Translations under genes and position numbers: made by a program
The notes under the pieces: generated by a model
The model's input: the letters and a program-made list of their open reading frames with translations, nothing else
Databases searched by the model: none
Told to the model about the DNA's origin: nothing
Sequence record: PZ179880.1
Strand: one strand, 5' to 3'
DNA from: a phage
Length of the DNA: 64,000 bases
Shown: in pieces, positions 40,066-50,479 of the stretch
Numbering within the stretch: position 1 is the first letter of the stretch
How the letters are laid out: every line of letters starts with the position of its first letter

Positions 40066-40482
40066 TTAAATGTAAATATTTTTGCCGTAATACTTGTACC
40101 AGTGTGGCTTCATTAAAATTTTTTCATCGAGTCGTTGTTGACTCAATTTAATAGCTGATTTGCATGGATTATAATCATTTTTCCATTCTGCTGGAATATC
40201 GCTGATGTCAGGAACTTCAGTATCTTTTATACTAAACCCACGTTTTAAGCATTCCGTTATAATGTCTGATTGACGCTTTCGCAAAAATTCTAACTTATCG
40301 TAAAAGAACGTAACATGACCAGAACCTAAAATAAACTCGGAAGATATTTTAAAATCTTTAACCCGCTTACCATTTGCCACGTGTTTACGAACTATACCAA
40401 AAACACGTGGCAATTCACGATACTCAGCCATAAGATGTTGGTCGGTCAGTTCAGAAACAAGTGTTAAATTGATACGAGTCAT
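40066..40482 (-). CDS. denV: Endonuclease V (pyrimidine-dimer DNA glycosylase)
   Basis: Start trimmed to [12 protein letters not shown] (138 aa as in T4); GGAGG ribosome-binding site 6 nt upstream. Confidence 0.93.
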   Translation of the reverse strand: MTRINLTLVSELTDQHLMAEYRELPRVFGIVRKHVANGKRVKDFKISSEFILGSGHVTFFYDKLEFLRKRQSDIITECLKRGFSIKDTEVPDISDIPAEWKNDYNPCKSAIKLSQQRLDEKILMKPHWYKYYGKNIYI

Positions 40483-40509
40483 AATTTCCTCCAAGTAGTT
40501 GATGAATGT

Positions 40510-40539
40510 ATAGTATCAAAGTCCTTGGAGGAAGTAAAC
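40510..40539 (-). promoter_or_regulatory. Early sigma70-type promoter upstream of denV
   Basis: Minus strand GTTTAC - 18 bp - TGA TACTAT. Confidence 0.55.
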
Positions 40540-40540
40540 A

Positions 40541-41343
<803 letters not shown>

Positions 41344-41799
41344 TTAAAAGAGGCTGTTCATTATTCGGTAAAGTGAAGGGCCCATCACATATTGCCACTG
41401 GGTACGAGGAATAAGAGCAAAAGCATCCATCTCTGGAATCATAACGCCATCTTTATTTTCAAAATAAGACTCGCAATAGCAATTTCTAAACATCTCATGC
41501 TCTACTGGAATCGTATAATAAAATAACTGTAGGTCTTTATTACTAGAATATTTAAATACACCTAGGTCTTCTAGAAGGTCTGGATTATAATTGTTAAAAC
41601 CAGTCTCTTCTAAACATTCTCTTCGTGCTGCATCTAATGCGCTTAAATCAGAATTTTCTACACGGCCCTTTGGAATATCCCAGCGATGTGCCATCATTCC
41701 AGGCTTACGAGAACCAGTAACCCGACCCATAAATAAATCTTTATCTTCTGTCATAAAGATAATACCAGCTGATAATGTTTTCATTTTAATTTCCTGCAA
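41344..41799 (-). CDS. nudE: Nudix hydrolase
   Basis: 151 aa; Nudix box GRVENSDLSALDAARRECLEETG. Confidence 0.85.
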   Translation of the reverse strand: MQEIKMKTLSAGIIFMTEDKDLFMGRVTGSRKPGMMAHRWDIPKGRVENSDLSALDAARRECLEETGFNNYNPDLLEDLGVFKYSSNKDLQLFYYTIPVEHEMFRNCYCESYFENKDGVMIPEMDAFALIPRTQWQYVMGPSLYRIMNSLF

Positions 41800-42143
41800 T
41801 CAATCACAAACTCTTTCATTGATTCATTTTCAATATAAGACATGTAGCTATTATATTCTTTTAATTGTATTTTGTAATCCTTTTTTCTTTGCCAATTTAT
41901 TTTAAAATTATCATAATGAAAATATAGAATGATACAAAAGAATGAAAATAATGAAATAATTTTAGTATAGCGAAGTTCACTCCAAACTTCTATTATATTT
42001 ACTGTGCCATCGATGTTTAAAATAAGACAGTCAATTAACAATCCAAAAAGACTACCCGCAAGAGCTGCAGCCAACGCCACAGCAAAAATTAAAAATGACC
42101 CAGGAAGCGAATATTTGACTTTATTTAGTTTTGGCTTTTGCAT
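41781..42143 (-). CDS. Membrane protein
   Basis: 120 aa, hydrophobic helices. Confidence 0.5.
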   Translation of the reverse strand: MQKPKLNKVKYSLPGSFLIFAVALAAALAGSLFGLLIDCLILNIDGTVNIIEVWSELRYTKIISLFSFFCIILYFHYDNFKINWQRKKDYKIQLKEYNSYMSYIENESMKEFVIDCRKLK

Positions 42144-42538
42144 CGTGATTCCTTAACAAATTTCATAATTTCATCAAATTCATACGCAGCAAGTTTAAGC
42201 TGATATTCCTTTTTAATCTTTTTACACTGTGCTTTCCAATCACGTACGCGTTTACGATAATGCCTTCCTTGATACCAGTATCCTACCCAATTTACAGGTA
42301 CTAATAAAAATGGAACTATTAATGGAAGAATTAGCATTAATACAAGTATTTCGCCAGAATCAATATCAGTCATAACATCTAAAACACCTCCAATAATCAA
42401 TAGAATTACAAATGATATGAGTATAACAGGACCTATTAATACATCAGTAGAAATTAGCTGGCGCTTTAATTCATACTTCAAAGGTTTACTTGGAAGGTAT
42501 AGTGATGGCTTTGACATATTCTCTACATTCCTTAACAA
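42125..42538 (-). CDS. Membrane protein
   Basis: 137 aa, two hydrophobic helices. Confidence 0.5.
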   Translation of the reverse strand: MLRNVENMSKPSLYLPSKPLKYELKRQLISTDVLIGPVILISFVILLIIGGVLDVMTDIDSGEILVLMLILPLIVPFLLVPVNWVGYWYQGRHYRKRVRDWKAQCKKIKKEYQLKLAAYEFDEIMKFVKESRCKSQN

Positions 42539-43094
42539 ATTTTTCTAGTAATAAATCGCTTTCAAAATTAGGATTTTCTACGAATTTATCAAAAAGATCA
42601 TCAACAATAGTCAAGATATTCTTTTTACTAAGAATACGCTTATTTTCATATTTTGTTTCAGAGTCAACTATAAGAGTAAAGAAATATTTCTTGCCTTGAA
42701 ATTTTACTGTAGTATCAATATAAAATAAATTTGACTTTTGTAAATTACGTCTAAAACACGCGTCACTTAAACTATAAATGCCAAGATAATCATAATCGTC
42801 GTTTAAATAACAAACTGTCCATTCAGGAGAAATGAAATCAGTAAATTCAACATCAAAATCACATGTCAATGAATGAATTGATTCAATACTGTTAATAAGT
42901 ATTCCAGGACGTATTAAAGACTTTTTACCTCTATAAAATCTTCCAGAAAGACTTTCGTCAGTTTCATACGAAGACCCCCAATAGTAATTACGTCCTTCTG
43001 CCATACGTTTAAGAACATTCAGTAATTGGTCTGGAACATCAACATGTCTTTGGAACTCTTCAAACATTGAATTGAAATCATTTTGCATTCTCAT
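42486..43094 (-). CDS. Hypothetical protein
   Basis: 202 aa ORF. Confidence 0.55.
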   Translation of the reverse strand: MRMQNDFNSMFEEFQRHVDVPDQLLNVLKRMAEGRNYYWGSSYETDESLSGRFYRGKKSLIRPGILINSIESIHSLTCDFDVEFTDFISPEWTVCYLNDDYDYLGIYSLSDACFRRNLQKSNLFYIDTTVKFQGKKYFFTLIVDSETKYENKRILSKKNILTIVDDLFDKFVENPNFESDLLLEKFVKECREYVKAITIPSK

Positions 43095-43135
43095 TCCTAT
43101 TTACTCCAAGTAATAGGGGCCGAAGCCCCTTATCA

Positions 43136-43729
43136 TTATTTCAGAGAATTAATGTATTCCTGAACATCGGCAGAGGTAGTTTCAACCCCAGAAATATTAC
43201 CGTTAAAGGTTTCAACTCGAGCAAGGGTATCTTCAATATCAACCTTAGTCAGTGCTGCAATTTCAACTACATCATCAGCAGTACTAATTCCAAGGGCATT
43301 TGCTGCACGAGTTTCACGGATATATTCCAATTTAACCGCAAGTTCTTGACGAGCATCATCTAACTCAACTACTTTCTTGGCGATTTCAATTCGCATTTCA
43401 GCATAACCGTCAGCCTTAGTAGTCAACTGCTCAGCTGTTCGACGATATAGTAAACCGAGTTTAGCATGCATTGTTACATCTTGGCCTTCGGAAAGAAGTT
43501 TACGAATTTCACGCTCTTTTGATTCGGCCTGTCGATTCTTTTCGATAACAAGTTCACGAATACGTTTTTCTTCGTTAATAGATTTAACAGAAGCAGTTTT
43601 TAGATCTTTAATTTTATCAAGTAGTTTTGCTGCTGCAGCAGTATACTGTTCTTCAACAGATAGATTTTTAGCCATAGCAGAACCAAGTTTAGTGCGAATA
43701 AACTCAACAATTTTCTTCAGTGTGTTCAT
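43136..43729 (-). CDS. Hypothetical coiled-coil protein
   Basis: 197 aa, heptad-rich helices; early promoter upstream. Confidence 0.55.
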   Translation of the reverse strand: MNTLKKIVEFIRTKLGSAMAKNLSVEEQYTAAAAKLLDKIKDLKTASVKSINEEKRIRELVIEKNRQAESKEREIRKLLSEGQDVTMHAKLGLLYRRTAEQLTTKADGYAEMRIEIAKKVVELDDARQELAVKLEYIRETRAANALGISTADDVVEIAALTKVDIEDTLARVETFNGNISGVETTSADVQEYINSLK

Positions 43730-43756
43730 AGTATTTCCTTAGGTTGATATAATTAG

Positions 43757-43786
43757 ATAATATCATGTTTCTAATAGATTGTAAAC
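43757..43786 (-). promoter_or_regulatory. Early sigma70-type promoter
   Basis: Minus strand GTTTAC - 18 bp - TGA TATTAT. Confidence 0.55.
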
Positions 43787-44122
43787 TTATTCTTCGTCTA
43801 GTTCGTCGATAAAGACGTTGATGGCCTCGACAATGGCATCGTTAATAGCCAGTAAAATAAAATCGTCGTCAGTACCTTTATAAGATTCTGAAGCATTGAT
43901 ATATGCTTGATTGGCGAGTTCCCAAGCCTTTTTAAAATAAGGAGCTTCATCATCAGGACAAATATCCCGCACACCTTCAAAGATACGATTGGCATAATCT
44001 AACACCCATTGTACAGGCATGTTTTGAGAACGTTCATTAAACTCTTTAAAGTCCTTAGATTCAAAAAGCTCTTCAGGATAATCATTTCTATTACAAAAAT
44101 CTTTGCTAAAGTTGCGTTTCAT
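43787..44122 (-). CDS. Hypothetical acidic protein
   Basis: 111 aa; early promoter upstream. Confidence 0.5.
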   Translation of the reverse strand: MKRNFSKDFCNRNDYPEELFESKDFKEFNERSQNMPVQWVLDYANRIFEGVRDICPDDEAPYFKKAWELANQAYINASESYKGTDDDFILLAINDAIVEAINVFIDELDEE

Positions 44123-44148
44123 AATATTTTCCTCATTTGTATAGGCTC

Positions 44149-44178
44149 ATAATATCTCAATCATGAGCCCGTGTAAAC
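44149..44178 (-). promoter_or_regulatory. Early sigma70-type promoter
   Basis: Minus strand GTTTAC - 18 bp - TATTAT. Confidence 0.5.
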
Positions 44179-44442
44179 TTATTTCATATTATTGAAATAT
44201 TCTTCTGCGATTTCATCATTATCGTGGTAAACTTTAGAAGACAGTTTAACATAACCTTCAGCAGTGAACATGTTAATCACAACTTTTACAGTATACCACT
44301 GACCGTCTTCATTACCCATTACTGCGTAAGTTTCAAACATCGGATGGTCAGGACCGATAACTTTAATATCATTCACTGTACGACCGAAATCTTCTGAAAC
44401 GCATTTCATAAAGAAGTTGAACAGTTCGCCGTAATTATCCAT
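44179..44442 (-). CDS. Hypothetical protein
   Basis: Start trimmed to MDNYGELF (GGAG ribosome-binding site); ORF-track N-terminus is a read-through of the promoter. Confidence 0.5.
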   Translation of the reverse strand: MDNYGELFNFFMKCVSEDFGRTVNDIKVIGPDHPMFETYAVMGNEDGQWYTVKVVINMFTAEGYVKLSSKVYHDNDEIAEEYFNNMK

Positions 44443-44485
44443 TTTATTCTCCAAGTTGTTTTCTGTATCAGTAGTTGATAGTTGT

Positions 44486-44515
44486 ATAGTACCATGGAAG
44501 AACAGAGATGTAAAC
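44486..44515 (-). promoter_or_regulatory. Early sigma70-type promoter
   Basis: Minus strand GTTTAC - 18 bp - TGG TACTAT; almost the same sequence as the promoter at 2570-2599. Confidence 0.55.
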
Positions 44516-44671
44516 AGTTTTGTGAAAAAATTTTTAGGGAATTCTAGGGCAGAGAGGGGCAATTAAAGGATAGGATAATATATTATAAAGGGTAGAAACT
44601 AAATGATGCTTAGAGAGGTCCAGAAAGGCCTAGATACCAAAAAGCCCTATCATTTAGATAGGGATTTAAAA

Positions 44672-45235
44672 TTATTTACCTAGTTTAGTTATTATAGCTT
44701 CGGCAGCAGCTTTTAGTTTAGATGCGGTGTTAATACGATTTTTAATTTCAGTATACGCATCGCCAAGAACGTCAAGGCTATCAGAATAAACACTTACACT
44801 ATTGCGTTCGCTATTTGAAATAGAACCTTTAGTTTTACGATCAAAATCGGTGTACACGTCTTGAAGATCACGGGCTGCCTTCTTTGCATCATCCAATGCA
44901 TCAAGAGCTTTATTCAAAGCATTAACATATTTTTTAGTGTCAAACATATTCTTAGAAATTTTAACAGGTGCACGTTCAGGAGTAGCTAAGGCAGATTTAG
45001 GAACCTGAGCGCCTGATGCTAATTTCTTAGAAATTTTGAAAAATGCTTTATTGAATTTATTTTCTTGACTCATCGTAAAAGAACTATTATCAATGTTATA
45101 CATTTCAATAGCTTTAGCTTTCCACTTAAGAAAATCGCCACGGTCTTTTGGGTCCAATTGGAAGAATACTTTAGTAAGATCTGCTTCAGATGGTAATTTT
45201 GCTGCTTCGGTTAAAAATTCGGCATAGGTTTTCAT
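44672..45235 (-). CDS. Internal head protein with capsid-targeting leader
   Basis: 187 aa; N-terminus MKTYAEFLTEAAKL. Confidence 0.65.
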   Translation of the reverse strand: MKTYAEFLTEAAKLPSEADLTKVFFQLDPKDRGDFLKWKAKAIEMYNIDNSSFTMSQENKFNKAFFKISKKLASGAQVPKSALATPERAPVKISKNMFDTKKYVNALNKALDALDDAKKAARDLQDVYTDFDRKTKGSISNSERNSVSVYSDSLDVLGDAYTEIKNRINTASKLKAAAEAIITKLGK

Positions 45236-45325
45236 TTAAAATCCTTGAAATAATTTATCGGTTGGTTATTAATTATTTATTACTTTGTTATTATCCGTAA
45301 CAGCATTCTCTATGTGATTCAAACT

Positions 45326-45352
45326 AAAAAGCCCCAACCTTTCGGTCGGGGC
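45326..45352 (-). terminator. Intrinsic terminator (9 bp stem, then U-run on the minus-strand RNA)
   Basis: Plus-strand AAAAA-GCCCCAACC-TTTC-GGTCGGGGC; minus transcript reads hairpin followed by UUUUU. Confidence 0.55.
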
Positions 45353-45356
45353 TAAG

Positions 45357-45660
45357 CCTTGCGGCAACCTTGTCGGGGTTCCACCTGCTAAGGCAAGTGT
45401 TTGTACGAAACGCCGGGATTCGAACCCGGTTATTAAGTAGTTGACGCTACTCAATATTTTTAAAAGGCCATATCTCGACCATATCCGAACGTTCCGTCAA
45501 AAACGCTACTCGGCTTACGGCAAAGATATTTCCTCGAATCGATAATTCGGTGCGCCGTTTCTGCTGTGATAGTAAAGAGCCAGAACACAGTAAAACTGTG
45601 GGAGGAAACTATACTCCAGGGAACATCAGTCCGACGACTTACCGGTAGCGACCCGGTTTC
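45357..45660 (-). ncRNA. Candidate stable RNA region (position analogous to T4 species 1/2 RNAs) with a tRNA-like T-arm motif
   Basis: ~300 nt without a credible ORF; CCGGG-ATTCGAA-CCCGG at 45413-45429; terminated by the hairpin at 45326-45352. Confidence 0.35.
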
Positions 45661-46011
45661 TTAATATTCTTTTAAAGAATCAATATATTCACGGCGTTTA
45701 CGCCACAAATCAATTGCTTCATACGCGGATTCAGCATTTCGAATTAGCCGGCATTTATGTAAAGACTTATGATTTTGATATTGTGTAGATAACGGAATTG
45801 TATCTAAAAGGTCTTTACGATCAAAATATTCGTAACCATCTAAACCAAATGAACGATTTTTGAGAAATTGCCAATGACCATATTCGTTTTCGACATAAAC
45901 ATAATCTGCATGCTGATAAAGCAAATTAATTACACGTTCAGAAATAACAGTATCATTATGATTAAAATAGAATGTTAAATCATGAACTACTAAATAAACA
46001 TTACCTTTCAT
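45661..46011 (-). CDS. Hypothetical protein
   Basis: 116 aa ORF between tRNA-Arg and the noncoding RNA region. Confidence 0.5.
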   Translation of the reverse strand: MKGNVYLVVHDLTFYFNHNDTVISERVINLLYQHADYVYVENEYGHWQFLKNRSFGLDGYEYFDRKDLLDTIPLSTQYQNHKSLHKCRLIRNAESAYEAIDLWRKRREYIDSLKEY

Positions 46012-46029
46012 ATTTTCCTCACTTATAAT

Positions 46030-46105
46030 TGGTCGAGGCAGTAGGGATCGAACCTACGACCTAGGACTTAGAAGGTCCTTGCTCTTCCTTCTGAGCTATG
46101 CCCCG
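46030..46105 (-). tRNA. tRNA-Arg (anticodon TCT), CCA encoded
   Basis: Hand-folded cloverleaf: acceptor CGGGGCA/TGCCTCG, anticodon loop CTTCTAA, T-loop TTCGATC. Confidence 0.85.
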
Positions 46106-46109
46106 TAAT

Positions 46110-46184
46110 TGGGTGACCGATGGGAGTCGAACCCATGACTACGAGAATCACAATCTCGAGTTCTACCAACTGAACTACGGCCAC
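46110..46184 (-). tRNA. tRNA-His (anticodon GTG) candidate
   Basis: Acceptor GTGGCCG/CGGTCAC, D-stem GTTC/GAAC, anticodon loop TTGTGAT; no G at -1, so His identity is tentative. Confidence 0.65.
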
Positions 46185-46298
46185 ATTAATACCTACTCCA
46201 ACAATCAAGATGTCTTCACACGAAATTAAGAGAAGAGTGATCAGTTCAACCCCTATAATCGCGTCAAGTAGGTATTAATGTGACAGTTGTCACAAATT
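46185..46298 (-). ncRNA. Structured spacer inside the tRNA cluster (candidate small RNA or processing element)
   Basis: Flanking inverted repeat TAATACCTACT / AGTAGGTATTA and palindrome TGTGACAGTTGTCACA; no ORF. Confidence 0.3.
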
Positions 46299-46374
46299 TG
46301 GCGGACGTGATAGGATTCGAACCTATAACCAATCGCTTAACAGGCGATCGCTCTGCCATTGAGCTACACATCCA
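46299..46374 (-). tRNA. tRNA-Asn (anticodon GTT), CCA encoded
   Basis: Acceptor GGATGTG/CACGTCC, anticodon loop CTGTTAA, T-loop TTCGAAT. Confidence 0.8.
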
Positions 46375-46378
46375 AATT

Positions 46379-46465
46379 GGTGGGGAGTGGTGGAGTCGAA
46401 CCACCCGAGTCGCAATGACAATGGATTTACAGTCCACACCGCTACCTCTACGGGATAACTCCCCC
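46379..46465 (-). tRNA. tRNA-Tyr (anticodon GTA), type II with long variable arm
   Basis: 87 nt; acceptor GGGGAGT/ACTCCCC, anticodon loop CTGTAAA, CCA encoded. Confidence 0.8.
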
Positions 46466-46475
46466 AAATTAATTT

Positions 46476-46550
46476 GGTGGCCCTGGGTGGAATTGAACCA
46501 CCATCTGGCGATTATGAGTCGCTTGCTTGAACCTTCCAGCTACAGGGCCT
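46476..46550 (-). tRNA. tRNA with CAT anticodon (Ile2-type by T4 position, or Met)
   Basis: Acceptor GGCCCTG/CAGGGCC, anticodon loop CTCATAA; 1 nt from tRNA-Thr (dimeric precursor). Confidence 0.8.
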
Positions 46551-46551
46551 T

Positions 46552-46627
46552 GGTGCTGATTGACGGAATCGAACCGCCGACCTTCTCATTACAAGTGAGT
46601 TGCTCTACCTACTGAGCTAAATCAGCA
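46552..46627 (-). tRNA. tRNA-Thr (anticodon TGT)
   Basis: Acceptor GCTGATT/AATCAGC, anticodon loop CTTGTAA, T-loop TTCGATT. Confidence 0.85.
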
Positions 46628-46632
46628 AAACT

Positions 46633-46722
46633 GGCGGAGGCGATAGGATTTGAACCTATGAGTCGCCGGAGCGACTGCCGGTTTTCAAGACCGGTGCATT
46701 AAACCACTCCGCCACGCCTCCA
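46633..46722 (-). tRNA. tRNA-Ser (anticodon TGA), type II
   Basis: 90 nt; acceptor GGAGGCG/CGCCTCC, anticodon loop CTTGAAA, long variable arm. Confidence 0.85.
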
Positions 46723-46724
46723 GT

Positions 46725-46798
46725 CTCCGTGGCAGGATTTGAACCTACGACATTCTGCTCCCAAAGCAGACGCTCTACCAAACTGAGCTACACGGAGT
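46725..46798 (-). tRNA. tRNA-Pro (anticodon TGG), CCA not encoded
   Basis: Acceptor CTCCGTG/CACGGAG, anticodon loop TTTGGGA; 2 nt from tRNA-Ser (dimeric precursor). Confidence 0.85.
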
Positions 46799-46807
46799 AA
46801 ATTAAAT

Positions 46808-46882
<75 letters not shown>

Positions 46883-46887
46883 AATTT

Positions 46888-46974
46888 GGTGCGAGAAGTG
46901 GGACTCGAACCCACAAGGAAATCATTCCGCAGCATTTTAAGTGCTGTGCCTTTACCAATTTGGCCATTCTCGCG
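46888..46974 (-). tRNA. tRNA-Leu (anticodon TAA), type II
   Basis: 87 nt; acceptor GCGAGAA/TTCTCGC, anticodon loop CTTAAAA. Confidence 0.85.
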
Positions 46975-46975
46975 C

Positions 46976-47048
46976 TGGGAATAAAGGACTCGAACCTTTG
47001 CATCCTGGAATCAAAATCCAGTGCCTTACCAACTTGGCTAATTCCCAA
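46976..47048 (-). tRNA. tRNA-Gln (anticodon TTG), CCA not encoded
   Basis: Acceptor TGGGAAT/ATTCCCA, anticodon loop TTTTGAT; 1 nt from tRNA-Leu (dimeric precursor). Confidence 0.85.
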
Positions 47049-47144
47049 TTATTAACAAAGGCTCTTAAGCAAGAACCCTTGATGATAGAGGGTATTAATC
47101 AGTGCGATATGAGTTAATAATAACAAATAATTCTTAAAGCATAT

Positions 47145-47432
47145 TTACCATTTATAATAATACATATTTACGATGCATTCAAGACCCAAAGGATTCTTGA
47201 AAATATCATATTCAAGAGGACCTTTTTCTGTTTCAATAAAGAAATCAAAATTTACTGTATTAAATTTACGTTCTTCCTTCACTAATTTAACTTGAGAAGA
47301 TGAACGGTCAATGTAAACCTTTTCAACTTCAAAACATGTTAAAATGCCATAATCATCAATCAAAGCTTTAGCCGCGTCTTGATCATATTTATATCCATTT
47401 TCAATGGATGATACTTTCGCATAAAGAATCAT
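47145..47432 (-). CDS. Hypothetical protein
   Basis: 95 aa ORF. Confidence 0.5.
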   Translation of the reverse strand: MILYAKVSSIENGYKYDQDAAKALIDDYGILTCFEVEKVYIDRSSSQVKLVKEERKFNTVNFDFFIETEKGPLEYDIFKNPLGLECIVNMYYYKW

Positions 47433-47434
47433 TA

Positions 47435-47833
47435 TCAGCCTTCATCAACAATAGTGTGAGTATTAGCATTTACGATTTGCCACCAATCAAAGCGATTAGA
47501 ATCCATCGGTTTGTTTTCATTTTCTTTGATAATGTCACGGAGTTCATCTTCAGAGAATGCTTTAGCAATTAAATCGGTATACCCACCACGGGGATAATAA
47601 TTATCACCTGCAAACAAAAGGAAATTTACCTTCCCGGAAGCAACATATGCTTCCTTAGGATACTTGTTTCCTGCGTGGTCAACCACTTCAATATAACGGT
47701 AAGGAATATCGGTTCTTTCAACCCATTGCCATGCCGCCGCAGGGGAATCGAAAGCATCTACACCTAAACGATTATCTTCATCTTTAGACGGATTATTTTC
47801 GTAATCCGCATATACATAATATTCAACGTTCAT
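47435..47833 (-). CDS. Hypothetical protein
   Basis: 132 aa ORF. Confidence 0.5.
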   Translation of the reverse strand: MNVEYYVYADYENNPSKDEDNRLGVDAFDSPAAAWQWVERTDIPYRYIEVVDHAGNKYPKEAYVASGKVNFLLFAGDNYYPRGGYTDLIAKAFSEDELRDIIKENENKPMDSNRFDWWQIVNANTHTIVDEG

Positions 47834-48018
47834 TATTCACCTTTAGAAATTTTATCCATAACAATAGCAATTAAACCAATTAAAAATGCTACTACAAGTG
47901 AAAAAACATTTTCTGCCGTAGTCAATAATCCGCATATAAATCCAACAAACATTGAAAAACTGAAAGCGGAAGCAGAAATTGCAATAGCAACATTTCGAAT
48001 TAATTCACAACGTTTCAT
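47833..48018 (-). CDS. Small membrane protein
   Basis: 61 aa, hydrophobic. Confidence 0.45.
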   Translation of the reverse strand: MKRCELIRNVAIAISASAFSFSMFVGFICGLLTTAENVFSLVVAFLIGLIAIVMDKISKGE

Positions 48019-48046
48019 TTTATTCTCCTCAGTAGTAGATAGGGTA

Positions 48047-48076
48047 ATAGTATCACTACCCTATCTAAAAGTAAAC
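48047..48076 (-). promoter_or_regulatory. Early sigma70-type promoter
   Basis: Minus strand GTTTAC - 18 bp - TGA TACTAT. Confidence 0.55.
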
Positions 48077-48310
48077 TTATTTTTTACGAAAAATTGATTT
48101 ATTTTCTGCTGCCCATTTTTCAATAACTGCAGCAGGACCAGTAACAACAATTTTATCACCGTAATCTTCTGCGGCGAGTTGACCGAAATTATCTAATGCA
48201 TCACGAAGAACTCCATGAGGCATTTCACCCATTTTATCTTTCTTGCCAGTGTAAATAAACTCAACTTTTACATCAGCAGTTTCAGCAATAAATTCTTGGT
48301 AAGTTTTCAT
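48077..48310 (-). CDS. Internal head protein with capsid-targeting leader, at the ipI locus
   Basis: 77 aa; N-terminus MKTYQEFIAE is the T4 capsid-targeting consensus; early promoter upstream. Confidence 0.7.
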   Translation of the reverse strand: MKTYQEFIAETADVKVEFIYTGKKDKMGEMPHGVLRDALDNFGQLAAEDYGDKIVVTGPAAVIEKWAAENKSIFRKK

Positions 48311-48340
48311 TTTATTTTCCTAATTAATTTTGATGAGGTA

Positions 48341-48370
48341 ATAATATCACTACCTCATCAGTATGTAAAC
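48341..48370 (-). promoter_or_regulatory. Early sigma70-type promoter upstream of the ipI-locus internal protein
   Basis: Minus strand GTTTAC - 18 bp - TGA TATTAT. Confidence 0.55.
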
Positions 48371-48382
48371 AACTTTGTGAAA

Positions 48383-49067
<685 letters not shown>

Positions 49068-49068
<1 letters not shown>

Positions 49069-49793
49069 TATAGTACCTTTAGTGTATTTTTAATTTTAGA
49101 AAAAAGTTCTTCAAGAGAACCATCGTTTGTAATTACTAAATCGCCATCACGAATTGGCAATCCAGCTTCTGTAATATGTGTATCATTGGATTTTTGACCA
49201 GGACGAACTACATGAATTACTGTAGCACCCATCGCCCTAGCCGCATCCATTTCATGATCTTGACGGGTATCAGGAACGATATAATAATCATAACCTGAGT
49301 TAAATTTATCAAGATAATCTAAAGCAAATAATTTTACCCAATACATGCGGTCGAAGTTATTAACAATCAAATCCGTACCTAGGGCTTGCATCAGACGACG
49401 GACTGACCATTGATCTTCAATATTATTTATAACGTCAATAATCTTGTTACATGCTACGGAATCAACTGATTCTTGTCCTTCGTCCTCAAAAACACACACA
49501 CCCTTAATTGGGCTTTTACCGTTAAGATAGCAAAATGCTTGTTCCATAATCGTAATTACTTCTGATTTAGTCAGATTTAAATTAGTCTCACGATCATAGT
49601 CAATTCCTTCAAACTCTTTGCGAGTTAAGCAAGGATAGTCAGTGTTTGTTGCAAATACACCCCACGCATAAGCCAATGCATCCTTAATAGGACCAGCAAG
49701 TTGATATTTAACTGCAGAATAATTATTCATGATAAAATCTGCAGTAGTATCTTTTCCACTACGCTTTACACCACTTAAAAAGATTAGTTTCAT
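49068..49793 (-). CDS. 1: Deoxynucleoside monophosphate kinase
   Basis: 241 aa; P-loop GVKRSGKDT. Confidence 0.93.
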
Positions 49794-49842
49794 ATGTTTC
49801 TCCTCAAATTTAGTTAAGATTATAACACATGAAACTGAAGCA

Positions 49843-50373
49843 TTAAACTTCTGCTATAATTTTGCCATCTTTTTCTACTTGAAAATACGTATAAGGAATC
49901 GTTGCTGTACATACTAAAGCTGGGTCTGAATCTTCAGTGTAGCTAAATTCTACTTCAGACAGGTCAGAAACCCAAGGCTTATAAAAATTTATTGACATCA
50001 CGATTTCAGTTTTACTATTATCTAAAATGTAAAGCGTAATGTATTCAGGACCTGTTTTTTGGGCAGTATTTTCGCCTGTAAGATAGTTACTAGTTCCTAG
50101 CATCCATTCATACATTCCTATCCACGACTTAAGTTCTTCATCAACTATAAATCTCACGATGAGTGGATCGTACTCAAATGTAACACCTGGACGTTGTGCT
50201 CGGCCCAGTCCAAACGGCCCAGTCACGGTATCAGTAACAGGTATCCTAATTCCTGGAATAGGAACTGACTGAGCATTTAAAGTAAAAGCAGATGTAGTAT
50301 TACTATGCGGTATTGATACTACAAAGTTAGTTGTATTTGCTTGGTTAAAAATTTGTTGTAGTGCTTGCGACAT
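49843..50373 (-). CDS. 3: Tail completion / sheath stabiliser gp3
   Basis: Start trimmed to MSQALQQIFNQ (176 aa as in T4); GAGGAA ribosome-binding site. Confidence 0.8.
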   Translation of the reverse strand: MSQALQQIFNQANTTNFVVSIPHSNTTSAFTLNAQSVPIPGIRIPVTDTVTGPFGLGRAQRPGVTFEYDPLIVRFIVDEELKSWIGMYEWMLGTSNYLTGENTAQKTGPEYITLYILDNSKTEIVMSINFYKPWVSDLSEVEFSYTEDSDPALVCTATIPYTYFQVEKDGKIIAEV

Positions 50374-50479
50374 ATATTCCTCATAATGCTTTATAAATGT
50401 TGGTGGTATAATGGGTCTAAGTCCCTTCCATTCAATTTCAATTAGAACAAACAATAGAAAAGAATGGAAGATAATAGAA

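Noticed and set aside
43136-43729. Possible PspA/IM30-like identity for the 197 aa coiled-coil protein
   Set aside because: Only a generic coiled-coil resemblance; no convincing motif match by eye, so left as hypothetical.
45269-45454. 61 aa minus-strand ORF
   Set aside because: Overlaps the terminator hairpin and the tRNA-like T-arm; the region is more plausibly noncoding RNA.
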